Shown here: piece after piece, positions 19,701-29,000 of the stretch
Numbering within the stretch: position 1 is the first letter of the stretch
Layout of the letters: every line of letters starts with the position of its first letter
IMG/VR virus record: IMGVR_UViG_2889388703_000001
Coordinates: 37,071 to 101,070 of that record
Strand: one strand, 5' to 3'
Length of the DNA stretch: 64,000 nt
Source of the DNA: a virus
Taxonomy: Duplodnaviria; Caudoviricetes
The notes under the pieces: generated by a model
What the model was told of the DNA's origin: nothing
Seen by the model: only the letters and a program-made list of their open reading frames with translations
Database searches by the model: none
Position numbers and translations under genes: made by a program

Positions 19701-20032
19701 ATAATCAGGTTGAAGTCTTTTGCCAGCCGGTTCACCGCGTCCGGAAAGTCGTGTTTCTCTCCTGCGCGTTCCAGAAGGCGCTGCTGCAGCATGATGGCCC
19801 CTACCCCTTTGCTCCGGTTCTGCTCGCCGCATACGAAGCAATTGAAGGCTGCATAGCGTTCGCCCTTTGGCGGGAACTTGCTCACACAGAAACTTCCGTT
19901 CTTCTCTTCGTGAAACGGGCAGCGGTAGAATACGCTGCGTGCGGTCTGCGATGCGGGAAGGTATCCGTTGTTGCGCATCACGTCGGGAAGCGGGAGCGCA
20001 TTGAGTTTATCAACTGTTTTGTCAGAAATCAT
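16733..20032 (-). CDS. DNA primase-helicase (CHC2 zinc finger, Toprim, P-loop)
   Basis: CPFHEE...CFVCG; SGPRD and YDID Toprim motifs; GGTGKS Walker A; CLIDD Walker B. Confidence 0.85.
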   Translation of the reverse strand: MISDKTVDKLNALPLPDVMRNNGYLPASQTARSVFYRCPFHEEKNGSFCVSKFPPKGERYAAFNCFVCGEQNRSKGVGAIMLQQRLLERAGEKHDFPDAVNRLAKDFNLIIEGDYKNGFFHRARKTAPQPEVDFRIRKGEFTPAELRALGCQVLPVFRTGKNTSEGPEQTAVTDADGNNLLRCSFNPDFYRGDMPAPFDSTQLSTIFNLYPLESYVTPEKADADGVLTSYEVKSTPSYPIFLFRYEDENGWWARKYEPYFRETTDSDGRRQPNYKFTWWYQGGSRPEGFHKEIYGDADVMRALQTGRVETSDKEGHPIINIEKTRVDEQGRRTRAFADVFRRIVICSGPRDAINVYFHSDAHVVFPHSESVEISSKTIRRLLDISMEVFVLYDIDRTGIRAMNRLALKHVELKVLYLPEDLSTQYNPRSGKTCKDAEEFFNFYPAVMRRNEKLMHTNVNRYFDDLLKTARRMRFWDVQYQTKKQEDESKVVVRKYTLNFDNMAQFLSANGFYKYTDEADTTKFVHISNNIVDVVEESQALSEAKEIMKDFLIYNSQYYSEELSNAISTQKKIGRDTMSGIKKVDLNFMSWGKDFDYFFFRNCAVKVTADSIEPVDYVDLPFHVNRKAIIDADYHPMKSSLFTIEENPEYAARKELNDQRMADKRMNENERRREDAEFIAYQRLYRFLLKMPKDIDQMPVCVQWLYDTSRIHWRKEAEGYPLTELEKQRQDMHFICKVALMGYMLSRYRTGTMQKMGVVTEYTVADEGKNSGGTGKSFFRSFFELVRKVCYIPGQTLKKKENMAKNFDKFHYTVDSMCLIDDLRPDMMGSEFYNITDNITVKTLYHDEMTLPREATPKIFITMNKMPFDMTEGSTSRRIFLAMQSDYYHDEDYAGQFKKRTPQTKFGKDIFLEATEEERDEAVYMMLQSCQFYLGLQESLIPPMSQDGQMRILYSAIKDQVFIDWANHFFANQWHWKRPVSISEMAISYLEHRGDAVTLQSVKSVKNEMIEKMQAYCFNMQYTMNPSIVYRSDKGSKYPRHYAWEQEFMNDTIRREERTRKFTRVCFFYKLGEEPKDSKEILSCPETDEEWEEKYRFEDD

Positions 20033-20043
20033 TTCAGGGAATT

Positions 20044-20337
20044 TTAAGAGAGGAATTTCACCTCGTAGTTCATGCTTTCCATTTTGGCTTGTATCATTTC
20101 TTTCAGGCTATCGGGCAGGCACATCATAGGGTCTGGCTCATGCAGGTAAATCGTATCTTCCTGCACGCTTCCTGTGGCAGAATATCCGTCGTACACCAGC
20201 TCGTTCATGAGCTTCTGCATGCACGACTTCGACAGGTTGCTGCAAGCTATGCTCACGCTACCTTCCGGATAGCCTATCGCTATTTCTGTGTGACGCACAT
20301 GGAAACGCTGTTCATATACCGCTCTGCTTCGTTTCAT
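20044..20337 (-). CDS. hypothetical protein
   Basis: 97 aa, coupled to the LuxR-like gene. Confidence 0.6.
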   Translation of the reverse strand: MKRSRAVYEQRFHVRHTEIAIGYPEGSVSIACSNLSKSCMQKLMNELVYDGYSATGSVQEDTIYLHEPDPMMCLPDSLKEMIQAKMESMNYEVKFLS

Positions 20338-20969
20338 ACCAGCCGCTTTCCTTTTAGTGTCAACATAAGCTCAGGACGTGTAGCCACACCCAACTTCGCA
20401 AAAATACGTTTCCGCATGTTGTCTATATTGGAATAGCTGCATCCCATTTCGTCGGCAATCTCTTCGTAGGTGAGCGAAGTATTTACCAGCATGTTCGCTA
20501 CAGCAGCTTGAGTGGGAGTCAGCCCGCACTCGTACACCGGATTGCAGCACACCTCCTTTTTATCCTTGAAGGCTGGGTTGAATCCGTTGAACGGACAGTT
20601 ATATCGCATAGGGCAGTGTGTGTGCTCGGTATTGAAGTCTTCCGGACCTTCATGGTCGGGAATATCGTCCTCGCGTCCGAAACAACAGTTCAGGCTTACC
20701 AGCGCAAGCTCTGACAGATAGCGGCTGCGAAGGTTCCGTATGGTCTTATAAGAACGTCCAAGTCGCATCTGCAGAAGCTGGTCGGCTGCCACCAGGTGTG
20801 AAGGATAGTTTTTCTTCATCTCGTCGAGGTATTCCTCTACGAAGTCAATTCCCGTCTTCCCGTCGTTCTTTACCGTAATTTCCTCTCCGTCTTCAAAAAC
20901 AATTCTTGAGAATCCGTCCTGAAGGCGTGTATATGCTTCCCATTGTCTTTCCAGCATGTATCCCATCAC
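20334..20969 (-). CDS. LuxR-type HTH regulator with Cys cluster
   Basis: LTPTQAAVANML...TYEEIADEMGCSYSNIDNMRKRIFAKLGV; CPMRYNCP..CCNP. Confidence 0.8.
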   Translation of the reverse strand: MMGYMLERQWEAYTRLQDGFSRIVFEDGEEITVKNDGKTGIDFVEEYLDEMKKNYPSHLVAADQLLQMRLGRSYKTIRNLRSRYLSELALVSLNCCFGREDDIPDHEGPEDFNTEHTHCPMRYNCPFNGFNPAFKDKKEVCCNPVYECGLTPTQAAVANMLVNTSLTYEEIADEMGCSYSNIDNMRKRIFAKLGVATRPELMLTLKGKRLV

Positions 20970-21346
20970 ATTTCCTCCATTTGTTTCTTATACTCCTTAT
21001 AAATAGATTCCAGCCCGCGAAGCTCTACTTCCGTGAAGTCGAAGTTACGGAAATGCGCACGCAGCGCATGTTCGCCCATACCTCGTTCTTTCATGAACTC
21101 GATAAATTCTCCCTTCTTTCTCACACCGGAAAAGAAGTCTTTCAGTTCCCCTTCGTAGTCAGGATCAAAATCTCTCAGGCATTTTTCCACGCCTTCCGCC
21201 TCCCACCGGCGCACGCGGTTCAACCTGATCTTCTGGTACGCCGTGCTCATGCTCATTCCGTAATGTTCCACCAGGTAGCGGCTAAATCCCAGCCGCATGG
21301 GGCTCAACTTTTTTTCGGATAATGCTTCAATGATGCTCATTTTCAT
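20966..21346 (-). CDS. Cro-like early regulator (two HTH-like repeats)
   Basis: First gene divergent from the repressor; likely start MKMSII; two similar halves (GMSMSTAYQKIR / GMGEHALRAHFR). Confidence 0.55.
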   Translation of the reverse strand: MKMSIIEALSEKKLSPMRLGFSRYLVEHYGMSMSTAYQKIRLNRVRRWEAEGVEKCLRDFDPDYEGELKDFFSGVRKKGEFIEFMKERGMGEHALRAHFRNFDFTEVELRGLESIYKEYKKQMEEM

Positions 21347-21417
21347 ACTTCTGATATATATTGTCGTTTCTCGCTTTTGCGGTTTCGGTCGTTTTTTGTT
21401 ATTTTTACCCTGCAAAG

Positions 21418-21473
21418 TAACAATTTTAATTTGACAATCGCATTATAATTGTTACGGAAATAACAATTTTAAA
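21418..21473. promoter_or_regulatory. operator O1 in repressor/Cro divergent region
   Basis: TAACAATTTTAA-N13-TTATAATTGTTA plus a third half-site at 21461. Confidence 0.7.
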
Positions 21474-21483
21474 CTGATTTTTT

Positions 21484-22773
21484 ATGTACTATTTCAATTC
21501 TTTCCTGTTCAATAATCTTCCCAAGCTCTTCGGCCTGAGCGAAAAAGGCGTGTCGGAGAAGGTGTACGGAAAATCATACATGTATAAAAGAAAGGTTGAT
21601 AATCAAGACAATATACTCGTGCATGACATCGTAATGGTGTGCAACACATTCCACATAAGCCTGTCAAACTTCATTATGTCGGCTCCTCCTGAAAATTTAC
21701 TCGGTAATCGCTTCAAATATGTCATACCGGATGAAGATTTTAAAGAGGTGAGATTCATACCCGAAAACTTGCGCTGGCTCTACGGTCCGCAGGGACTTAC
21801 CAAAATTCCTTCGCTTGCTGAATTTTCGCGTCAGAGCGGAATATCAGTCACCAGTATCGTAAGGTGGCAGAATCCGAAGATAGGAGGGTGTACGGTTAAC
21901 TGGCTTATCGGAATATGCAACCGTTTCGGAATCGACATAGACGTGTTCATGGAAGACGAGAATGAGAAGCTTGAAAAGTACGCGGCCACCGAGACGGAAA
22001 TATCGCCGCGCGTGTGGCAGGAAATTTCGGAACTCAAAGAGGCTATAAGACAATACCGGCAGGAACGAATATCACTTCTGGATGAAAACCGCAAGCTGAA
22101 AGCAAGAATCAAGGAAACGGAGCTTGTGGCAGAAGAAAGCACCGAATACACCTACGCAGACAGGAAAGTCAGGGAATGGAAGGCTAACTGGGGATTGCTG
22201 GAGAACTTTCATATCGTCGTGGGAGTGTCCAGGCGGAAAGTGATTCAGGATGCCGGCATGCAGAATTTCAGCGAACTGTTCATCGAAGGAAACATGCTGA
22301 TTACCTCGCTGGTGAAACTTTGCAACAAATACCATATCAGCACAAGACATATATTCTATCGGGATAACGGCATTGTTCCGGAAGTAAATGTGTACGACTA
22401 TTACCGGTCGGACAACTGGAAGACGGTAGTTTTCCATCCGGAATATGTGAATGATTTTTTCGGGAAGGAGAGCGTGACGGGTATAAACCGCTCGGAACTG
22501 CTTGAACGTATGAATATTAGCGAATGGAAACTTCGTGCATGGCGAAAAGAAAACAGCACCATGCGAATAAAAGACATGCTGGAGATATGCAACCGGTTGG
22601 AAGTAACACCTTACTATCTTATTTCGGATCAGAATCGCATGGATATTTCATTTGGTGTAACCAGTGCGGAAATCCTGCTGGAAGAGAACCGTATGCTCCG
22701 CCAGCAGGTTATCCGGTTGAAAGAAAAACTACAGAAGAAAAACGGAGAAGGATTCCTTCCGTTAGACGAATGA
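21484..22773 (+). CDS. CI-like repressor with four XRE-type HTH domains
   Basis: Four motifs (VCNTFHIS, ICNRFGID, LCNKYHIS, ICNRLEVT); two ENR.L coiled coils; no S24 peptidase domain. Confidence 0.7.
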   Translation: MYYFNSFLFNNLPKLFGLSEKGVSEKVYGKSYMYKRKVDNQDNILVHDIVMVCNTFHISLSNFIMSAPPENLLGNRFKYVIPDEDFKEVRFIPENLRWLYGPQGLTKIPSLAEFSRQSGISVTSIVRWQNPKIGGCTVNWLIGICNRFGIDIDVFMEDENEKLEKYAATETEISPRVWQEISELKEAIRQYRQERISLLDENRKLKARIKETELVAEESTEYTYADRKVREWKANWGLLENFHIVVGVSRRKVIQDAGMQNFSELFIEGNMLITSLVKLCNKYHISTRHIFYRDNGIVPEVNVYDYYRSDNWKTVVFHPEYVNDFFGKESVTGINRSELLERMNISEWKLRAWRKENSTMRIKDMLEICNRLEVTPYYLISDQNRMDISFGVTSAEILLEENRMLRQQVIRLKEKLQKKNGEGFLPLDE

Positions 22774-23883
22774 GTTCATAGTACTTCCTGAGAATCCATA
22801 CCGCACACTGAAATTCACGGAAATAAGACCTGGTTTAGCGCGGTCATAAAGTTTGTTCGTCTCTTCTGGTATGATGGCGACGGGTATGTATGTGCCGTTA
22901 TCGTACATCCATGCCTTTCGCGTCACCACAAATTCCGTGAGCCACCATTCGGCCCACTCTCTGTTTACAAATCCGCTGCTCATGGAAAAAGTTCCTGAAG
23001 GCGTCTGTGCATAGCTGGCAGTGCGCGTGGTAGCACGGTAGGAAATGTCAGCAGGAAGCGTGTAAAGCTCACTCTGTATGTCATACTCCAGCGCATCGCG
23101 CGTAAAAGCGACTACACTTTCCATCAAACCGAACCCGTTCAGGAATATGAAGTGGCGCATGAGCGGGTTTGTCTTTACCGCATAGCGCTTCTTCCCGGTT
23201 TCAAATCCGGTGTTCACTGTAAGCTCACCTTCCTTCAACGATGATGTGATTATTTGCAATGAATCCGGGACCAGCGCACCACGTGTGTATTCGGAATATT
23301 CTTTCGATTCTTCTCCCTGCACTACGCTGTAGGTAATGGTGTCCGATCGGGTACTTACTGCAGGAATACACAGTATCCATCCCAATGGAACAATATCTCC
23401 CTCCGGTTTACGGCTCAAGATACGTCCCTCACCTAAAATCTCTGTGGTATCTACATTGGATGTGGTAAGGCGTTCAAACTCCGTGAGCCTTCCGGGTATG
23501 GCATTGTACTGCTCAGAAGTGGTTTCACCTTCTTCTATCTCTACCATCCCGTCAAGATACGATTCCTTGTAGGTAATGGTGTATCGTGCAGCGTATATCA
23601 TCTGTGAAAGGGTTTGCGTTCCGTTCACATCAAACGTCATCTTTCGTGACAGCGTAGTTTTTATGGTTTCTCCAATATTGAAAACGGCTATTCCGTCAGC
23701 TCCTACCTCAAATGAGTAACTTTCTGAATAAGGAAACTCTTCAGATCCGGCAAATGCGGTGGCATTGACCGTAATCTTTATGCGGAGAAACGTTTTTCCG
23801 CTCAGCGTGGTTTTTGCCTTAACCACTATGGGGTCGCCTGCAAATGCTATCTGTGGCGGCTGCTGTAATACCTGTATTGCCAT
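22762..23883 (-). CDS. tail/baseplate protein (Dit-like)
   Basis: In the tape-measure operon; FIFLNGFGLMES...SSGF..EW..W pattern. Confidence 0.6.
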   Translation of the reverse strand: MAIQVLQQPPQIAFAGDPIVVKAKTTLSGKTFLRIKITVNATAFAGSEEFPYSESYSFEVGADGIAVFNIGETIKTTLSRKMTFDVNGTQTLSQMIYAARYTITYKESYLDGMVEIEEGETTSEQYNAIPGRLTEFERLTTSNVDTTEILGEGRILSRKPEGDIVPLGWILCIPAVSTRSDTITYSVVQGEESKEYSEYTRGALVPDSLQIITSSLKEGELTVNTGFETGKKRYAVKTNPLMRHFIFLNGFGLMESVVAFTRDALEYDIQSELYTLPADISYRATTRTASYAQTPSGTFSMSSGFVNREWAEWWLTEFVVTRKAWMYDNGTYIPVAIIPEETNKLYDRAKPGLISVNFSVRYGFSGSTMNSFV

Positions 23884-23897
23884 GTTTTAGTTCTTCA

Positions 23898-26027
23898 TTA
23901 AATGGTATATAGTTCGATTGTTACCTCCGTAATCCCGCTACGGCCAATGCTGTAGGATAACTTATTGATGAATCCCACATAGTTACCTATCTGGTAGCGC
24001 TTGAGCATGTCCAGTCCTGCAATCTGCGATATGGTCATTCTTACTGTCAGTATCACGGTCTTCCGGTTGTAAAGGAAGTAAAGATACTCCGAAAGGAATT
24101 TTGACACCAGCCCACGGTCCTGGTATGCCTGAGAAGCGGGATACTTGTCTTTCCCGGCCACCAGCTTGAGCGAGAATCGTCCGGGCTGGTCTACTCCACC
24201 CTGCTCCGTGCCGTTGTAATCAAAGAACCGTCCAAAGTTATCGCAGCTGTCGGCTGTGAAAGCACTGTTGGCTACCGTATGTACCCACGAGTCGTTTCCT
24301 TCACCGTCGTAGTTTTCGGTGTAGTCTATCCCTGATTCGCTACCGGGTCCGCGCATGATTCCAAGGCAATATCCGGCATCGTAAGTACGCATGGGTGATT
24401 CTTCTGCTGATTCTTTGTCATAATTTTCATCGGAAAGATAGCTCAGCGTTATCTCATGCTTGTATCTCATCATGTGAGAAGGTGCTACGCCCAATATCCC
24501 GGGAATAAGACTGAAACTTGCATTCCTTTCCGACAGAAGTTCCTGATCGGCAAATACAGCCAGAATCTGCTGACCTTCTTTACCAGACATAGCCTCTGAA
24601 ACTACTGTCTGACCGTTTACATCATTTATCATCACCGGAGCAAAGTTGATAGATATTTCATCTTCCTCTTCTTCCGTCGATGTGCCTCCGATTAAATAAT
24701 CACGGAATCCACCAACCTCAAACAACGAAGGATTTCCTCCAGTATTCTCGTCCACTTTTATACGATAGGAGTTCCCTGTAAGTTTATCCTGATAGCATGT
24801 AGTGTCATTGGATGCTTGTCCCTGCTGAAGAATCTCCATGTAATTATTCTTTTCCTTCACATTGGAATAATCATCATAATTGAATGCAGTATCATCTTCC
24901 TGGCCGTATGTAAGGCGTATGGTCTTTTCTTTTGATTTTTTCAACTGCATCCCCACTATTTCCACATCAAGAATGGATGTTTCATCCGATTTCAGAATGT
25001 CTTTTATATATATGACATCCATCGTATTTTTTGCACTGTCGTACAAGAACCGAATACCAAAAGCATTTTGCAGGTCTTCAATCAAATCTTCCATTTCTAC
25101 ATCCGGGAAATTCTGATTGGTAGCAAAAACATTCACCGCGCTATAAGAAAAGTTCTGGGTAAGAAATGTCGCAATTGTTCTGTATGAATTAGCACCTGGA
25201 ATTACATTATACTTTAAGTCATAATGAAGAGAAAATGATGAACCCATAAAATTATTCATCATAATATCTGTCCATGATACAGAAAATGAATCTCCCTTTT
25301 CTTCCGTATGACACTGCGTGCTGAAAAATGCCAGACGGCACATGTCTTCCATTGTGGACAAATCGTTCTTTTGTACGCCGATATTCAGATATTTGAAGAA
25401 ACAATCAAGAAGATACATTACGTAGAAGCATACACCGCTGTACGGTCTTCTGGGTTCCAATATATTATAGCTTCCTGCATCGTTTGGTGTACATACCCTT
25501 ACATTGCAATATGGCTTTATAGGATAAGGGTCCGATTCGTTGCTCTCGGTGTAATTCATCACTCCATCGTTAAGGTATATGGTTATAAATAAATTATCAT
25601 CCGTATTGGAATATTGTGTGGAAGCTGATTTTACCCTATATCCCAGTTTTATCTCCCTGTCGAGCGGAATATCCCTTGCATTCATCCCCTCTATATGGGC
25701 CATGAAATCGCTGTTACCGGAAATGAATGTGACGGGAAGTGTATCTTCGAACTCCACTTCATCGTCCGTTTCTATCACACCACGGTATATCATCACGCCG
25801 TCCACCCAAAGCTCTGCGGGCATACGGTCAATGTCCTTCAGATTAATGTCTCCCCACGGATCGGCAATGTTCTTGAAAATTTCGCGGTTGGGTTCCAGCG
25901 GAATTTCGAAAGGGAACGAGAATGTTCCCTGGTCATTGAAAAGTGGGTTCGACTGCTCCAGTGTAATGGAAAAATCTTCCGACAGCTTTACCCACTGGCT
26001 GTTAATCTTTATCTGTAGTCCTTTCAT
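23898..26027 (-). CDS. baseplate hub/Tal-like tail protein
   Basis: SITLEQSNPLF..GTFSFPFEIP N-terminus; directly after tape measure. Confidence 0.65.
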   Translation of the reverse strand: MKGLQIKINSQWVKLSEDFSITLEQSNPLFNDQGTFSFPFEIPLEPNREIFKNIADPWGDINLKDIDRMPAELWVDGVMIYRGVIETDDEVEFEDTLPVTFISGNSDFMAHIEGMNARDIPLDREIKLGYRVKSASTQYSNTDDNLFITIYLNDGVMNYTESNESDPYPIKPYCNVRVCTPNDAGSYNILEPRRPYSGVCFYVMYLLDCFFKYLNIGVQKNDLSTMEDMCRLAFFSTQCHTEEKGDSFSVSWTDIMMNNFMGSSFSLHYDLKYNVIPGANSYRTIATFLTQNFSYSAVNVFATNQNFPDVEMEDLIEDLQNAFGIRFLYDSAKNTMDVIYIKDILKSDETSILDVEIVGMQLKKSKEKTIRLTYGQEDDTAFNYDDYSNVKEKNNYMEILQQGQASNDTTCYQDKLTGNSYRIKVDENTGGNPSLFEVGGFRDYLIGGTSTEEEEDEISINFAPVMINDVNGQTVVSEAMSGKEGQQILAVFADQELLSERNASFSLIPGILGVAPSHMMRYKHEITLSYLSDENYDKESAEESPMRTYDAGYCLGIMRGPGSESGIDYTENYDGEGNDSWVHTVANSAFTADSCDNFGRFFDYNGTEQGGVDQPGRFSLKLVAGKDKYPASQAYQDRGLVSKFLSEYLYFLYNRKTVILTVRMTISQIAGLDMLKRYQIGNYVGFINKLSYSIGRSGITEVTIELYTI

Positions 26028-26034
26028 CGTGTCA

Positions 26035-29000
26035 TTATTTTATCAGTCCGCGTTTAGTCATGAAATTGCTGGCTTTGTTCAACTGGTTTACCGCACCCTT
26101 GCTCCCGTATGGGTCTACGGTGGCGCTAATCGGCTTGCTCAGACGCTCGTTCAGTGTGGAAAGTGCTTCGGCCACACTCCCGAGCATTTGTGTCATCTGC
26201 TCGTTCTGCATGGTCATATCCGTAGCTCCGGATGCTACCTGTGTAATCTGCGCCGGCATAGAAGGATAGTTCCCGCTGGCAAATGTAGGCATGGCGGCCG
26301 ATTTGAGCTGCCCGTGCCGCGCAATGGTAAGAATGCTTTCGTAGATGTGTGGATAGTTCAGAATAAGTTTCTGTGTAGTATCGCCGTCCACAATCATTTC
26401 AGGCTTCTTTTCAGAGAAGATTCCGAAATGCGCACCTCTGCCGTACACTCCAGTTTTAAGTTCCTTCTGGTAGCGTGCGTTGTATATCTGTCCGTCGTTT
26501 CCCAGTACCGGATAGTCACCCTCTGCGTAGGTAAGCATTCCGGCTGCTACACGGCCCTTGCTGCTTGATGATGCTCCAGTTACTGCCGCAACTTCCTGTT
26601 TTGACTTTGTAAATGCGCCCATAGCAAGTCCCATAAGTCCATTTAACGCAGCAGAAATTACGGCTATCAGAGGAATACCCCACCAGCCCAACTCTTCTAT
26701 AATTTTAGCAGAACCGCCGGCAATAGCGCCCGTTATTTTACCGCCCATTCCTTTTTCGCTCGCTGCAAGCCCGGAAATGATCGTACTTCCGGCGCTTTGC
26801 ACAATTGACTGGTTTCCAGACTGCTCAATAGCCACTTCCTGTTTTTTAAGCGCCTTCTTGGTTAGAAGTTCCTGAATCTTCTGCATAATAAGTTGCTTTG
26901 TAAGATTCATGGTTGTCTGAATAAGCTGTTGGGCAGCCTGTTTTCTGTCTTCCACTTCTCCAAAAGCCGCTTCACCCATTTGCCCGCTGAAATCTACAAT
27001 GGCATCGGTATATTCCTTCAATGTATTCAGTTTACGTTCCTGAATTTCCATCTCCTGATTATCTAGGTCATTCATGGCTTCATTCAATTTTTGCCGGGCA
27101 TCGAGCGTCATTTGCATCTGTGCGCGCTTTGCTGCTTCGTATGCCGCATTTGCTTCAAGCGATCTGTCCCTGTAATCCGCTTCAAGGTCTGTGCCCTCAA
27201 CTTCCTCCAGTTTTGCGTCTGCCAGCAGCTTTTCCTGATAAGCTTTGTCAACTTCCATCTGCATTTCCTGCTCCATCTGTTCAAGATAAGCCTTCGATGC
27301 TTCTATCCGCAGCTTGTAGTATTCCAGTTTCGCATCCTCCACCATGCTGTCTGAAGCAAGACCAAGTCCGCTTGCGGTTTGCATCAAGTCAACGTTTGCC
27401 TGAGATTCATCGGTCCTTGTCTGCCAGTCTTCCTTCTGTCCGCTCTTTTCCCATTTCTTTTCGGCAATCTTTTTCCTGCGCTCGATGGCACGGTTTTCTG
27501 CTGCTTCGTAATCATCATTATACTTCTGAAGCATGTAAAGAAGCGCCTGATAGTCTTCCGTAGTCTTGTCTTTTCTCCATTCGGAAAATTCAGTCTGCGC
27601 TTCAATTCTTTTCCTGAACTCCTCCACATCAATAAGATATGCTTCCTGAGACATGGAACGGAGAATGTTCATACGCCGAATACCGGATTCCTCTGTCATT
27701 TCTTCCTGCTTCCCGAAAAGGAGTTCAAGTTTGTCTATTGCAGACATAAATTCCTTGTCTACCTGTCCGGTATAGTCATTGTCAAGAAGAATTTTCCGTA
27801 TGGCTTCCTGGTGCTTCAGCAGGTCTTCACGCATCTTCAGTTCGTCTTCTACCAGTTTAAGCCTTATTCCGTCTTGCATGGCCTGACCTTTATCCAGAAG
27901 GTACTTTGACAGTTTTTCCAAGTCTTTACCATCAAGACCGTAAGTTTTCATCTCTTCCTTACTAAGCGATTCCATGTCACCAAGGAATGACCTGCGAAGT
28001 TTTATCCGTGCGTTAAGATGCTCAAATTCGTTAGCCTCGAGCTGACGGTTCATTTCCTGCTCGGTAATTTCCTCATTTGCACGCCGTTCCTTTATCAGCG
28101 TCTCACGGGATACGAAATATGCCTCAAGTGCAGAAAGCGCAGCGGTCATTTCATCATTCATTTCTCTTTTTTCGCCCCTGGAGCCGGACTTGTCGTTCAA
28201 CAGCTCTCCACTGGTATTATACCCCATCTTGTTAAGCTGTGCTTCAATTTCTTTCAGTTTCTTCATGTACCAGTCCATAGCTTCTGCCCTATCCTTAAAC
28301 TCTTTGGCGTATGCAGTAGAATAGTCGGCATCTTTTCGCATACTTGTTCTTTCAGCAAAAAATTGCTTGTATTTAGCTACAAGCTGGTCTACACTTGCAT
28401 CGTCTATTGTGCGTCCATATCCCCATATATTCGGTTCTTTTTGCTTGGAAGTCTTTTCTACCTGCGAAATGGCTTTCTCATAGAAATCCACATAGCTTTG
28501 CAACTGCTGCTTCTCTTCGCCAGAAAGAAGAGAAATCTGCTGTTTGGCTATTTTGATATATTCATTGGCTGCCTTTTTCAGCTTCTCATTGTGTTCTAAA
28601 AGCTGGTTTTCATTCAATGAATCTGTTTTTACCTTCTGCAATTCGTTCCATTCGGATGTAATGGCATTCAGCATTTTAGTATTTGCCGCCTTTACATCCT
28701 GATTTGCTGCGTTTATTTTCTCTTCCGTTTCAGTTACAGCCGAATCAACTGCCTTGTCGTAATCTTTCAGCACATTGATATAATCGCGAACCCCTTCACT
28801 TACTTTGAAAAAATCCTGATAAGTGTAGGCATTCCCTTCCGTGGAGAACTTTTCACGCAAGGTAGCGTAAACCTGCTTTACAATTTCATCTACCGGCTTT
28901 TTAATATCACGGTTTACTATCTGCTGCACTACGCGCAACGCTTCATCTGACCGTACATCTGAAATACCCTGTGTTTCTTGAAGTCCTTGTTTTATATTAC

